A stretch of DNA of 64,000 bases from an uncultured cyanobacterium (GCA_963793265.1 CAWBZI010000007.1:384001-448000); one strand, 5' to 3'. Positions 10,747 through 22,040 are shown, counted from the stretch's first letter. Translations and numbers: made by a program. Notes: generated by a model not told the origin, from the sequence alone.

Positions 10747-11045
10747 CTCGTCCAATGTTCGAGAGCTTTAGAAAAAAAGCATTAGAAAATAGTGCGGTAA
10801 AAGAAGAATATGAGGCACTTTCCGCTGTTTATGAGCTTAGAAAAAAGCTTATCTCTTTGAGGCAAGAGGCTGGTTTAACTCAGGAAGAACTAGCTAGCGT
10901 TCTGCATACACAAAGAAGCAATATTTCTCGGTTAGAAAGTGCTAGTTCCACGTCATCACCGAAGCTTTCGACGATTGAAGAATATGCCCGAGCCGTAGGG
11001 TACACAGTAGAAATTAACTTTGTACCCATAAAATCTTCCTCATGA
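10743..11045 (+). CDS. XRE-family HTH protein, HigA-like antitoxin
   Basis: VKEEYEAL...LRQEAGLTQEELA...RSNISRLES...PKLSTIEEYARAVG. Confidence 0.8.
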   Translation: MTRPMFESFRKKALENSAVKEEYEALSAVYELRKKLISLRQEAGLTQEELASVLHTQRSNISRLESASSTSSPKLSTIEEYARAVGYTVEINFVPIKSSS

Positions 11046-11080
11046 GTCAGCCAATTTCTCATTTCACGGTTGAGCTTAGG

Positions 11081-12112
11081 CTACACTTCTTCGGGGCCAG
11101 CGCCCATCAAATCAGCAATCAGCTCAGTCTGAGGGAAGGGTTCTAAGAGCAGCTTTTTGACCATGATAGTGAGCGGCAGCGCCAAGAATGCACCGATTGG
11201 GCCAAGAATCCAAGCCCAGATAATGACTGCTACAAAGGTCACTAAAACTGACAGATCCAACCCTTTGGCCAGATAGCGCGGGGCCACTACAATATCGAAA
11301 AAGTTATTAATAACAACATAGACCACGGCAAAGATAACCGCTTTCACCCATCCCAACTCGATAATAGCGATTAGCAAAGGTGGAATCAGCGCCAGATAGA
11401 AGCCGATATTAGGGACAAAGTTAAAAGCGAATGAGAGTACGCCCCACAGCACCGCAAAATCCAAGCCCAAAACCAACATCAACAGCATTTGCAACAAAGC
11501 CGTCAGCGCTCCCAGCCAGCCTTTAATCATTAAATAAGAGCTGGTGCTATGGGCAAATTCTTCTAGTCGATGAAGCATGGGAGAGCCACCCTTGAGCCCC
11601 TTTCGTAAGCGAGCTGAGAAGCTAGGCGCAGTTGCTAGCATGTAGCCGAATATCAATAGCGTTAGTCCGGTATTAGAGACTGCGCCTAGTAAAGTTGTTG
11701 TCAGTGAAAGGGAAACCTGAAGAATTCTCTCGGGCTGTAGCCAGCTCAGCGATTGAATATCGTCTAAGGTGACGCCTCGTTCGGTGAGTAGCTGCCACAA
11801 GCTATCAACCTGCGTTTCGATTTGGCTGCTATAAGTAGGCAGTAGAGCAATTAGCTCATTAATAGAGGTCACCAAAAAGAAAATACCAAATGCGCCGATT
11901 GCAATAACACTCAATAGCACCGCAATATAAGCAAGCCAGTTAGGCAATCCCTTCGCCCTCAGCCACGCCAGAATAGGGTAGGTAACCAGCACTAAGAATA
12001 AAGAGAGCAAAATCGGCGTTAGCAGCCCTGCCATTGCTCTTAATCCAGCGACAATCAGAACAACGCTAGCTAGGCCGACCAGCAGAGATACTATTTTAGG
12101 CTGCGTTTTCAT
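11081..12112 (-). CDS. AI-2E family transporter
   Basis: Multiple TM helices, FNFVPNIG, WAWILGPIGAFLALPLT. Confidence 0.85.
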   Translation of the reverse strand: MKTQPKIVSLLVGLASVVLIVAGLRAMAGLLTPILLSLFLVLVTYPILAWLRAKGLPNWLAYIAVLLSVIAIGAFGIFFLVTSINELIALLPTYSSQIETQVDSLWQLLTERGVTLDDIQSLSWLQPERILQVSLSLTTTLLGAVSNTGLTLLIFGYMLATAPSFSARLRKGLKGGSPMLHRLEEFAHSTSSYLMIKGWLGALTALLQMLLMLVLGLDFAVLWGVLSFAFNFVPNIGFYLALIPPLLIAIIELGWVKAVIFAVVYVVINNFFDIVVAPRYLAKGLDLSVLVTFVAVIIWAWILGPIGAFLALPLTIMVKKLLLEPFPQTELIADLMGAGPEEV

Positions 12113-12405
12113 CTTTGATTATTTCCCGAGCTGGCAGAACCACGCGCATTTGAACGTTTACTATCTTGCGTTACATGGTAAGCGATCGCGCTACAGGCCA
12201 AATCAAGTAGATATCGCAAACAACTGTGTACACCTGAGATAGCGGATTTATACAGGCTTCATAATTCAAAGGTTCTGATAAATAAAGTCACTATCCTGAT
12301 TAAGTAGATGTACTATAGTTTCGCCGTCTGTGGTTACGGCTAGAAAGGTACAGTTAAAGGCGTAGGGGATATTACAATGCTGATTGCTCTGGCGGCGTTG
12401 CTGCT

Positions 12406-13179
12406 ATGAAAGTTGCAATACTTGCTGGCGGTTTGGGCACTAGGCTGGCCGAAGAAACAGAGGAAAAGCCTAAGCCGATGGTGGAGATTGGCGGGCTACC
12501 GATTCTTTGGCACATTATGATGCACTATTCGCACTATGGGTTTGACGACTTTGCCATCGCGCTGGGCTACAAAGCCAACGTCATCAAAAAGTACATGGTC
12601 GATTACTGCTCCCTCAACAGCGATCTGACCGTCAGCCTCAAAAACGGCGATATCAAAAGGCACAGCGGCGATGCCCCCGACTGGAAAGTAGACCTAATAG
12701 ATACCGGCCTCTATACCAATACGGGCGGACGCATCAAGCGATTGCAGCCCTACATAGGCAATGAAACCTTTATGCTTACCTGGGGCGATGGCGTTTCTGA
12801 TATTAACCTCAACGAGCTGCTGGCCTTCCACCGGGCCCACGGTAAGCTGGCCACGATGACCGCCGTCAGACCCCCGGCGCGGTTCGGCCATCTGGACTTG
12901 CAGGGCGATCAAATCGTTGATTTTTCGGAAAAGCCGCAGACCCGAGAAGGCTGGATTAACGGTGCGTTTTTTGTGTTAGAGCCTGGCGTTTTTGACTATA
13001 TCGCAGGTGATGATACGCCGTGGGAGAAAGCGCCTTTAGAAAAGCTTGCTAAAGATGGTGAGCTAATGGCCTATAAATATTCTGGGTTTTGGCAGTGCAT
13101 GGATACGCTGCGAGATAAGCGGCGGTTAGAGAGTCTTTGGGATGCAGGCAATGCGCCATGGAAAAGTTGGAGCGTTTAG
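12406..13179 (+). CDS. rfbF: Glucose-1-phosphate cytidylyltransferase
   Basis: ILAGGLGTRLAEET..KPKPMVEIG, TGGRIKR, GFWQCMDTLRDK. Confidence 0.92.
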   Translation: MKVAILAGGLGTRLAEETEEKPKPMVEIGGLPILWHIMMHYSHYGFDDFAIALGYKANVIKKYMVDYCSLNSDLTVSLKNGDIKRHSGDAPDWKVDLIDTGLYTNTGGRIKRLQPYIGNETFMLTWGDGVSDINLNELLAFHRAHGKLATMTAVRPPARFGHLDLQGDQIVDFSEKPQTREGWINGAFFVLEPGVFDYIAGDDTPWEKAPLEKLAKDGELMAYKYSGFWQCMDTLRDKRRLESLWDAGNAPWKSWSV

Positions 13180-13239
13180 CCCAGTTCAACACGTTCTGAA
13201 GAAAAACAATATGCAAGAGACTACAGAGGCTAATTAGAT

Positions 13240-14281
13240 ATGCGCGTATTAGTAACCGGACACAAAGGCTATATCGGCACCGTGCTGGTGCCGATGCTGT
13301 TAGCAGCAGGACATGACGTATCGGGGTTAGACAGTGACCTTTACCGGGGCAGCACGTTTGGCGATCACATTCCCTCTATCCCTGAAGTCGAAAAAGACAT
13401 TCGAGATTTAACTATCAAAGATGTCGAAGGCTTTGAAGCTGTTCTGCACCTAGCAGGGCTCTCCAACGATCCGCTCGGCAACTTGAATCCTGCGTTAACT
13501 GGGGAAATAAACCATCAGGCAACCGTTCGCTTAGGCGAGCTAGCCAAGCAGGCAGGCGCTAGCCGTTACATTTTCTCTTCTTCTTGTAGTAACTATGGCG
13601 CAGGCGGAGACGACTGGCTCAATGAAGAGTCTGCGTTTAACCCGGTCACCCCTTACGGCGTATCAAAAGTAAAGTCTGAGCAAGATTTGGCCAAGTTAGC
13701 CGACGACAGCTTTAGCCCAACTTTTCTACGCAATGCAACAGCTTTTGGCGTCTCGCCTCGGCTCCGGTTCGATTTAGTCCTCAACAATCTCACCGCTTGG
13801 GCCTTTCACCACCGGACGAGTCTTTATCAAGAGCGACGGCACGCCCTGGCGACCGATTGTGCATATCGAAGATATTTCGCGAGCGTTTTTAGCGGCTTTG
13901 CATGCCCCTAGAGAACTGGTGCACAACGAAGCCTTCAACGTAGGTCGTAACGAAGACAACTACCAGATTCGAGAGCTGGCCGACATGGTGCAAGAGATTG
14001 TGCCGAACTGTCGAGTTGAGTATGCCGAAGGGGCGGGGCCTGATAAGCGCTGCTACCGGGTAGATTGCAGTAAGATTTTGCGAGTGCTACCTGAATTTCA
14101 GCCGCAGTGGAGCGCCAAAAAAGGGGTGCAAGAGCTGTACGATGCCTATAAAGAAGTGGGGCTGACGTTAGATGAATTTGAGGGCGATCGCTATCAGCGC
14201 ATTGCGCATATTAAGTCTCTGTTGAAGTCTGGACGATTGGATAATGACCTGCGCTGGAAAGCGGCGGTTCCTAGTGTCTAA
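13240..14281 (+). pseudogene. NAD-dependent nucleotide-sugar epimerase/dehydratase (extended SDR), split by a 1-nt insertion near 13804-13807
   Basis: GHKGYIG and YGVSK motifs. Removing one base from GCCTTTCACC restores AWAFTTGRVFIKSDGTPWRPIVHIEDI and joins the two ORFs. May be a sequencing error. Confidence 0.8.
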
Positions 14282-14321
14282 AACATGCCTTAAAAAGAAT
14301 TACTATTTAACAGAATTCAGC

Positions 14322-15551
14322 ATGAAATCTCCTTCTCCCGCTTGTCGCGCCTGCGCTCACGAATCGCTACTGCCTATTATCTCATTTGGCGACACCACGC
14401 TAGCCGACGCGCTGTTGAGTAAAGATCAGCTCGATCAAGACGAATATACAGCACCACTTGAGCTGGTCTTTTGTCCCAACTGCGCCTTAGTTCAAATCAC
14501 GGTAAGCGTTCCTCCCGAAATTTTGTTTTGTCGGGACTACCCATACTTCTCATCCGTATCGCCTAGCCTGCTAAAGCACTTTGGCGATAGCGCCGAGTCC
14601 ATTATCCAAAGCCGGAAGCTAGACTCCGATAGTATGGTCATAGAAACCGCTAGCAATGACGGCTACATGCTCAAGACTTTCGCAAACAAAGGCATTCCTG
14701 TCTTAGGTATCGACCCGGCAGAAGGCCCCGTGAAGGCCGCACAGGCCGCAGGTATTCCTACAAAATGTACGTTTTTTAGTAAAGCGCTAGCGACTGAGCT
14801 GCGTGAATCGGGTACTCAGATCGATGTTTTTTTAGCCAACAATGTGCTGGCACATGTGCCCGATCTCAACGGCTTTGTTAAGGGCATTAGGCTATTGCTC
14901 AAAGAAACAGGTGTAGCTGTGATTGAAGCGCCTTATGTTGTCGATCTCGTTGAGCATGGCGAATTTGACACAATTTATCATCAACACCTTTGCTATTTTT
15001 CGGTTACAGCGTTAGATCGTTTGTTCCGTAGACATAATCTGTTTTTGAATAATATTGAACAAACTAAAATCCACGGCGGTTCGCTGCGGCTTTTTGTAGA
15101 ACCGCACGAGAATGTTCAGCCTACGGTTAAGGCGCTGCTCGCTCAGGAAAAAGAGAATGAAGTAGATTCGATTGAGTACTATCGCAATTTTGCAGGTCGC
15201 GTTGAGACGATTAAGACAGATCTGCTGACTATACTCTCTGAGCTAAAGGCTCAAGGCAAAAGGGTTGTAGGCTATGGTGCTGCGGCTAAGGCAGCAACAA
15301 TGATGGCCTATGTAGGGATTGATCGCAAGCAGCTTGACTATGTAGTAGACCTTAATGCATTCAAGCAGGGCCGGTATATGGGCGGCAATCATCTGCCGAT
15401 TTTTTCGCCAGATAGGCTGCTAGAAGATCAGCCGGACTATGTGCTGATTTTGGCTTGGAACTTTGCTGAAGAGATTATGCAGCAGCAGGCATCGTATCAA
15501 AAGAGCGGCGGGCGCTTTATCGTGCCAATTCCATCACCTAAAATTGTTTAA
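14322..15551 (+). CDS. NDP-sugar C-methyltransferase family protein 1
   Basis: Zn-binding [46 protein letters not shown]. Confidence 0.85.
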   Translation: MKSPSPACRACAHESLLPIISFGDTTLADALLSKDQLDQDEYTAPLELVFCPNCALVQITVSVPPEILFCRDYPYFSSVSPSLLKHFGDSAESIIQSRKLDSDSMVIETASNDGYMLKTFANKGIPVLGIDPAEGPVKAAQAAGIPTKCTFFSKALATELRESGTQIDVFLANNVLAHVPDLNGFVKGIRLLLKETGVAVIEAPYVVDLVEHGEFDTIYHQHLCYFSVTALDRLFRRHNLFLNNIEQTKIHGGSLRLFVEPHENVQPTVKALLAQEKENEVDSIEYYRNFAGRVETIKTDLLTILSELKAQGKRVVGYGAAAKAATMMAYVGIDRKQLDYVVDLNAFKQGRYMGGNHLPIFSPDRLLEDQPDYVLILAWNFAEEIMQQQASYQKSGGRFIVPIPSPKIV

Positions 15552-15565
15552 GAGAAAGTAGCCCT

Positions 15566-16805
15566 ATGACCCAAGACGCTTCGACACTAAATCCTATCAT
15601 CTCTCCTAGACTCCGAAAATACTCGGTTCTTAGCTGATCAACAATGCCCAAACTGTGGTACTAAGGGTCTGTCTATTTTCTACGAGGTCAGCGATGTCCC
15701 GGTGCATAGCTGCCTCATGCTCTCTTCTAGCGCAGAGGCATTGAATTTTCCTTCGGGTGATGTCAGATTGGGGTTTTGCGATCGCTGCGGATTCATCACC
15801 AATACCGAGTTCGATTCAAAGTGGTCTGCCTACGCCCCAAACTACGAAGACCAGCAAAGCTTTTCACCCACCTTCAACCGATTTGCCAAAGAACTCGCTC
15901 AGCATCTCGTCGATAAATATGATTTGCATGACAAATCAATCGTCGAAATTGGCTGTAGTAAAGGAGACTTTCTGTATCTGCTGTGTGAGCTAGGCAACAA
16001 CAGCGGCATTGGCATCGATCCAAGCGCAGTACCCGGACGCGTACAAAGCACTGCTGCTGATCGCGTAACGCTCATTCAAGACTACTACTCGGAAAAGTAC
16101 GCTGATAAAGTAGGAGACTTTATTTGCTGTCGGCATACGCTAGAGCATATTCAGCCCACCGCTGAATTCGTCAGCACCGTGCGTCGTTCGATAGGCGATC
16201 GCGATGTCGCCGTCGTATTTGAAATCCCCGATACCGTACGCGTACTCGAAGACGCGGCCTTTGAAGACATTTACTACGAACACTGCTCTTACTTCACCCC
16301 TGGATCGCTCGCTCGCCTATTCCGTAACTGCGGCTTCGAGATTGTTGATTTATACAGAGCCTATGGCGACCAGTACTTACTCGTTGATGCTAAACCTGTC
16401 GCCATTCCATCTGAAACTATTCACGCCCTCGAAGACAGTCCGCAGCAAATCGCTCAATCTGTTCAGCACTACATTGACCAAATTCACGGCAAGCTAGACG
16501 ACTGGCGCAATCGATTGAGTCTCGCCCAGCATGAAGGCAAAAAGACAGTGGTATGGGGCTCAGGATCTAAGTGCGTGGCGTTTTTGACCACCCTTGACAC
16601 CATAGATAAAATTCAGTACGTGGTAGATATTAATCCACACCGCCACGGCAAGTTTATTCCAGGGGTAGGAAAAGAGATTATGTCACCAGCATTTTTAAAG
16701 ACGTATCAGCCCGATCAGGTAATTGTGATGAATGAAATCTATTGCGAAGAGATTCAGGCGATGCTAGACGAGATGGGCGTAGTCACTGAGCTGGTGACAA
16801 TTTAA
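15566..16805 (+). CDS. NDP-sugar C-methyltransferase family protein 2, with an apparent +1 frameshift near 15591-15635
   Basis: The main frame has a CPNC Zn motif upstream of the called GTG (15702) but no start codon there. The ATG at 15566 is in another frame and stops at 15637. EIGCSKG, DIYYEHCSYF, VWGSGSK. Confidence 0.75.
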
Positions 16806-16808
16806 CCT

Positions 16809-17990
16809 ATGGTGCATAATTCTCTCGACTGCCCTATCTGTAACGCTTTGGTTAGCGATGTCTTCATTGAACTGCTGAATTTACCTATTTACTGCAATCT
16901 TCTATGGTCAGACCAACAGGCTGCAAGGGACTGTCCTAAAGGAGATATCAAACTGGCCTTTTGCGATCAGTGTGGTGCCATATTTAACACTGCTTTTGAT
17001 CCGGCAAAGCTAGGCTATTCTCAGGACTACGAGAATTCCTTGCACTACTCTAGCCGCTTTCAAAGCTATATAGAAGACTTAGCGCAGCGACTGGTGAGTG
17101 AGCATCATTTGCAAAATAAAACCATCCTTGAAATTGGCTGCGGTAAAGGAGACTTTCTGGTGCTGCTGTGTGAGCTAGGCAATAATTCAGGCGTTGGTTT
17201 TGACAATAGCTATGTTGAGCGAGCTGAACATAAGGCGCTGAGCGGGCAGATTGAGTTTATTAAAGACTTTTACTCGGAGCGCTACGCAGACTACCCAGCC
17301 GATTTTGTATGCTGTCGGCAGGTGTTAGAGCATATTCAAAAGCCCGATGATTTGCTGAGGCCGCTGCGCCAGACGCTAAAAGATCGGCCAGCTACAGACG
17401 TCTTCTTTGAGGTACCCAACGCGCTCTACACCATTGGTAACCTAATGATCTGGGACATTATCTATGAGCACTGCACTTACTTTACGCCGGTTTCTTTGCG
17501 CTATGCGTTTGAAGCGGCAGGTTATGAAGTAGGCCCGATCAAAGAAGAGTTTGCTGGGCAGTTTTTGAGTATTGGTGCAAAGGCTGGGAAGGTGGGGCGA
17601 TCGCTTACGGTAGACAAGAACGCGATCGCCCAACTCACCGCAGACATCGCCCACTTTGAAGAACGCTTCCATGCACACACACAGCAGTGGAAAGCACGCT
17701 TAAGCAAGCTATCTCAACAAGGCAAAAAGGCAGTCGTCTGGGGATCTGGCTCAAAAGGCGTCACGTTTTTAAACCTATTAGCGTCCGACAGCAATATTGA
17801 ATACGCGGTAGATATCAACCCCCGTAAGCAAGGTAAGTTCATTCCCGGTACCGGGCAAGCGATTGTGCCGCCCGAGCGCATGGCCCACTATCAGCCAGAC
17901 GTGGTGATTGTAATGAATCCGTTGTACAAGCAAGAGATCGCAGACAGCTTGCAGGCGATGGGATTAACGCCAACTATTGTAGGGGTATAG
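16809..17990 (+). CDS. NDP-sugar C-methyltransferase family protein 3
   Basis: CPIC/CDQC, EIGCGKGDFL, WDIIYEHCTYF, VWGSGSKG, DINPRKQGKFIPGTG. Confidence 0.85.
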   Translation: MVHNSLDCPICNALVSDVFIELLNLPIYCNLLWSDQQAARDCPKGDIKLAFCDQCGAIFNTAFDPAKLGYSQDYENSLHYSSRFQSYIEDLAQRLVSEHHLQNKTILEIGCGKGDFLVLLCELGNNSGVGFDNSYVERAEHKALSGQIEFIKDFYSERYADYPADFVCCRQVLEHIQKPDDLLRPLRQTLKDRPATDVFFEVPNALYTIGNLMIWDIIYEHCTYFTPVSLRYAFEAAGYEVGPIKEEFAGQFLSIGAKAGKVGRSLTVDKNAIAQLTADIAHFEERFHAHTQQWKARLSKLSQQGKKAVVWGSGSKGVTFLNLLASDSNIEYAVDINPRKQGKFIPGTGQAIVPPERMAHYQPDVVIVMNPLYKQEIADSLQAMGLTPTIVGV

Positions 17991-18118
17991 CGTTAGAAGC
18001 AACGATTCTATGCATATTGAGCCTCTATAACCATCGTATCGACAGTCTGTCTTTTGACCCAGCCGATTAGAGAGAGCTACCGTTAAGAGCGTCTGTTCTT
18101 AATAAGAGTACTTCACTA

Positions 18119-18466
18119 ATGAAAGTCTTGATAACGACACTGATTGCCACTATTTTCGGTGTTTTGCTACCGTTGACCTCACCTGCTGTCGCTGCTGATC
18201 TAGCGCAAGGTGAACAAGTATTTGGCGCAAACTGTGCCGCCTGTCATGTCGGAGGCGGTAACGCTGTGATGTCTAACAAAACGTTGAAGCGCGACGCCTT
18301 AGAGCAGTACCTGGACGGCTATGGCACAGAGCACGCTATCGAAGCTATTGTCAATCAGGTCACTAACGGCAAGAACGCAATGTCAGCCTTCAAAAATCGA
18401 CTCACCGCTGAGCAGATTGCCAACGTAGCGGCTTACGTTCAAGACCAGTCAGAGAAGGGCTGGTAG
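18119..18466 (+). CDS. petJ: Cytochrome c6
   Basis: Signal peptide, FGANCAACH heme motif, QVTNGKNAM axial Met, C-terminal GW. Confidence 0.92.
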   Translation: MKVLITTLIATIFGVLLPLTSPAVAADLAQGEQVFGANCAACHVGGGNAVMSNKTLKRDALEQYLDGYGTEHAIEAIVNQVTNGKNAMSAFKNRLTAEQIANVAAYVQDQSEKGW

Positions 18467-18585
18467 GATATTTTTCCATTATTTCTTAGCCACCTGATTA
18501 ACTGACCCTGTAGCGCTAATATCAGTAAAGTCTAGTGGGTATCTTATAGGCGTAACAACCTCTACGACCCACTGGGCTTTCACCT

Positions 18586-19419
18586 ATGTTCGGTTTGAAT
18601 CACGCTTCAAAAGCTGGACTTGTTCTCTTAAGTATTTTCTCCTTAAATCTACTGGCAACGAGTGCATTTGCTCAATCGCTCGATCCTGTTCAATCATCCG
18701 CCACTGCTGAAAGCGGGTTGACAGATGATCTGGCAGGCAGCTCTACAGCAGACGAGACTGCGATGCTAGAGCTGCTGGAGGCACTAAACACTGATGGGAT
18801 TAGTATAGAGGCGATCGCACCTATCGAAACAGACACTATCAAGACAGAAACTGCCGAGGTAAGTGCTACTGAAACAAATGTTATAGAAGAACCCCCGGTA
18901 GCAGACCCTACAGTGCAGCCCACCGCTTCAGCGTTGAGTGGGCTTGAATCCGCTAGCATGAACGACACAGCACTCGCTGAGCTAGCTACAAGAGATCTCT
19001 CTGCAGTCAATATTCATACCAACGTCGATCCTGATGCTGTGCCTGCGCTGAGAGCCTCACTCAATAGCGACAGTGCCCTCACTAGACTCTACGCCGCCGA
19101 TGCCCTATGGACGCTGACAGGCGATCGCGATTTAATACTACCAACGCTCATGACCGCTGCTGTCGATGGCGATACCCAGGCACAGGAGCTAGCCATTGCA
19201 GCGATCGCTCAGCTCGGCAAAGAAGCGCTTCCGGCAGTGCCTATTTTGAACGACCTGAGCAGCGATCGCAACTCCAGAACGCGGCAGATTGCCCAAGACG
19301 CGCTGGCCATTGTCAGAAGCGAACGGCGATCTTCAACAGTGCTAGGCATCATCGCCAGAGAGTCCCGGCAAAGGTTAGTTCCGGCTGCCTTTAGAGCTAT
19401 TACTAATCTTTTTAGATAG
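18586..19419 (+). CDS. Exported HEAT-repeat protein
   Basis: Signal peptide ending AFA, acidic linker, HEAT-like RLYAADALW and AIAQLGKEALPAVPIL. Confidence 0.65.
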   Translation: MFGLNHASKAGLVLLSIFSLNLLATSAFAQSLDPVQSSATAESGLTDDLAGSSTADETAMLELLEALNTDGISIEAIAPIETDTIKTETAEVSATETNVIEEPPVADPTVQPTASALSGLESASMNDTALAELATRDLSAVNIHTNVDPDAVPALRASLNSDSALTRLYAADALWTLTGDRDLILPTLMTAAVDGDTQAQELAIAAIAQLGKEALPAVPILNDLSSDRNSRTRQIAQDALAIVRSERRSSTVLGIIARESRQRLVPAAFRAITNLFR

Positions 19420-19440
19420 AGAGATTGTTGGTAATAGGCG

Positions 19441-20127
19441 CTACAGCATCACCAATCCGTGACGAACGCCCATAGCGACGGCTGCTGTGCGGCTAGAAAC
19501 GGTTAGCTTTGAGAAAATAGCGCCTATGTGAAACTTCACCGTATGCTCCGAGATGTTCAGCGTTTTAGCAATCTCTCTGTTTGTCAGTCCGTTTGCTAGC
19601 TGATTTAATACCTGAATTTCTCGGGGCGTAAGCGGTTCTAGCAAGGCGTCAGCAGCATATTTTGAAGTAGCTGAGTATCTGTTGTTTTCGGCAAAGGACA
19701 CTGCTGAAATATCAGGATGAAAAACAACAAGGCCGTTGAGAATGGCAGCAATGGCATCACTAAACTGATCAGCCGATACCGTCATTGGCAAAAGGCTTAC
19801 GGGCGCAGATTCAGCGCTAAGAGAACAAACCGTTGCTAGATTAAGTTCGTCCCAATTATCTAGCATAATCAAGACCGGCACTGTTTCTTCCCCAAAGGGA
19901 TCGTCAGTGAGCTGTAGGAGATCGGTTAGTTCGGGGTCGCCTAACTCAGCGCACTCAACAACTATCAACTCAGCCCCATCAACACCGCTTTGCGACTGTA
20001 GCCAAAAGCTGAGCGACTGAAGAGAACTGAGCTGCGCGATCGCCCGATGAGAAGCCGCCGCTACCATCGCCGTCAGCCCAGCTCGTGCAATTGGATTTTC
20101 AGCACAAACAACCACATCCACCATCAA
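19441..20127 (-). CDS. LuxR/NarL-type HTH regulator with a degenerate receiver domain
   Basis: LTPREIQVL..GLTNREIA...ISEHTVKFH. The N-terminal domain lacks canonical acidic pocket residues. Confidence 0.85.
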   Translation of the reverse strand: MMVDVVVCAENPIARAGLTAMVAAASHRAIAQLSSLQSLSFWLQSQSGVDGAELIVVECAELGDPELTDLLQLTDDPFGEETVPVLIMLDNWDELNLATVCSLSAESAPVSLLPMTVSADQFSDAIAAILNGLVVFHPDISAVSFAENNRYSATSKYAADALLEPLTPREIQVLNQLANGLTNREIAKTLNISEHTVKFHIGAIFSKLTVSSRTAAVAMGVRHGLVML

Positions 20128-21020
20128 CGCTCGCCAACCGTCACCGTCGCCGTTTTCACTTCTCCACCTCGTAAAAGCTTAACTTCTAAAACCTTGCCCA
20201 CGCTTTGAGGCCCTAACAAAGCCTGAATCTGTTGTAACGATTCGAGCGCAACATCATCAACGGCCACCATCACATCGCCTAGCAGCATCCCGGCGCTATC
20301 GGCAGCGCTATCAGCGTCTACGCTAACCACCATAATGCCAAACTGATTGGTTAGATCATGCTGCTGTTGAAGATTCTCACCTAGCGGAATTGCCTGCATT
20401 CCTAGCCCCAGGTAGCCACGAGAGAGTTTGCCGCGCTGCTGTAGCTGTTCGATAATCGGATTCACAGTAGCCGCTGGAATTGTAAGCACTTTGCGACGTG
20501 GCCCAAATGTATTAAAACCCACGACCTCACCACTCGCATTAATCAGCGGACACCCGGCGCTGCCTCTGCGCAAATTGAGGCTCACTTCAATGTATTGATC
20601 AATTTGACCACCGAGCTGCGATCGCCAAGCCGAACCCACCTGACTCACCATCCCCAAGCTAGTAAATTGGCCGCCCCGCATAGAGCGACCTACCGTAGAA
20701 ACAAGCTGCCCGAGCGCGAGCCCCTGAGCCTTACCAAGCGTCGCCGTTGGCATTTCGACCTCAGCGGGCAAAGCAAGCACCGCGATATCGGTTGTCGGAT
20801 CAGCGCCCAGAAGCTCGGTTTCGATCGTTTGCCCATCAGGTAGACCCAGCTTAAAGCTGTCGTTAGTGCGTAAAGCCTCGCAGGAAGTCACGATGAGCCC
20901 TTTGCGCCAGTGAATTCCGGTAGCCGCAGAGCGCCGCCCTGAGACAGAGACAATGGCTTTACTCGTTTGAGTCACAATTTCAGAAAGCGACTGCGAAAGC
21001 GATTCTAGCGATGTTGTCAT
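20124..21020 (-). CDS. S1C (HtrA-like) protease-fold protein with a PDZ domain, catalytic residues apparently substituted
   Basis: GADPTTDIAVL, RGYLGLGM and PDZ tail. IVTSCEAL and GSAGCPL replace the usual TNxHV and GNSGGPL. Confidence 0.8.
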   Translation of the reverse strand: MTTSLESLSQSLSEIVTQTSKAIVSVSGRRSAATGIHWRKGLIVTSCEALRTNDSFKLGLPDGQTIETELLGADPTTDIAVLALPAEVEMPTATLGKAQGLALGQLVSTVGRSMRGGQFTSLGMVSQVGSAWRSQLGGQIDQYIEVSLNLRRGSAGCPLINASGEVVGFNTFGPRRKVLTIPAATVNPIIEQLQQRGKLSRGYLGLGMQAIPLGENLQQQHDLTNQFGIMVVSVDADSAADSAGMLLGDVMVAVDDVALESLQQIQALLGPQSVGKVLEVKLLRGGEVKTATVTVGER

Positions 21021-21119
21021 AAGAGTTGAGAAATATATGAACGCCCTCATTCTGCACAGAATAGATAGCGCATGACATCACCAACACGGCTAGGAACAAC
21101 CTGCCCGAATGGCTAGGGC

Positions 21120-22040
21120 CTAGCCTAGTTCAAATGTTGTGATGCCGAATATACGGCTTAGTGGCAAATTTAAGACCGCGGGCCGATACATTCTAGCTGT
21201 TTCAAACACAACGGACATTTGATACTTTTCGGCTATTGCGATCGCGGCTGCATTCACCTCTGGTACATCGAGATAAAAAGGACTGCCCGGTTCTACATGT
21301 ACTTTTAAAGCTAAAAAAATTGCCTCAGCCACTTCAGCCGTATCAGCAAATAGTGGGCCAATCTTATACCCTTGTTGGCAAGGACGAATCACGCCGTAGC
21401 CAATTAGTTTCTGTTGAATCACACAGCCGATAGCCGTATGGTTTGTCATACTTAGCCATTTTTGAAGAAAGTCAGATCGTTCTGCTGAAAATATAGCGCG
21501 ATCGTACTCAATTATTGCTTCCAAAGGCAGCGAAGATACCGGCACAAATCTTGCTTCTGGTTCAAACACTTCCGTGAGAAGATTGCTTTTTAGCCCAGGC
21601 TCCACCGCTAAAGCGTCTCCCTTTCCTTCGTATCTAATATTGCGATGGGCCAGCTCAAATCCAGATTTCGCATAGTTGTTCTGCTGTTGCAAAACGCCGT
21701 CTAACCCAATTGTGCGGCCTTGGAGATATGCGATCGCCCTCTCCCATATCTGTAACCCATACCCATGCCCTCTAAATTCCGGCTTCACAATATAGCAGCC
21801 AATAAACCCGAAGCTATTGCCGTATCTAACCGCTGAAATACTAGCTATCGGCTCACCGTTTAGCAGCCCTATCAAAAAACCATCCTGATCGGCAGCATAA
21901 AAGCATTCAGCATCGTGCAAGCCTGGATTCCAGCCTTCAGCAGCCGCCCATCCTAAAACTATCGCTAGCTCTTCGCGTGTCGCAGTTTTAATAACGTAGG
22001 CACTATCCGTATTCTGGTTGTTTTCGTGAGGTAAAGCCAT
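21120..22040 (-). CDS. GNAT family acetyltransferase (YitH-like, two-domain)
   Basis: WAAAEGWNPG, VKPEFRGHGYG, KIGPLFAD, FGITTFELG. Confidence 0.85.
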   Translation of the reverse strand: MALPHENNQNTDSAYVIKTATREELAIVLGWAAAEGWNPGLHDAECFYAADQDGFLIGLLNGEPIASISAVRYGNSFGFIGCYIVKPEFRGHGYGLQIWERAIAYLQGRTIGLDGVLQQQNNYAKSGFELAHRNIRYEGKGDALAVEPGLKSNLLTEVFEPEARFVPVSSLPLEAIIEYDRAIFSAERSDFLQKWLSMTNHTAIGCVIQQKLIGYGVIRPCQQGYKIGPLFADTAEVAEAIFLALKVHVEPGSPFYLDVPEVNAAAIAIAEKYQMSVVFETARMYRPAVLNLPLSRIFGITTFELG

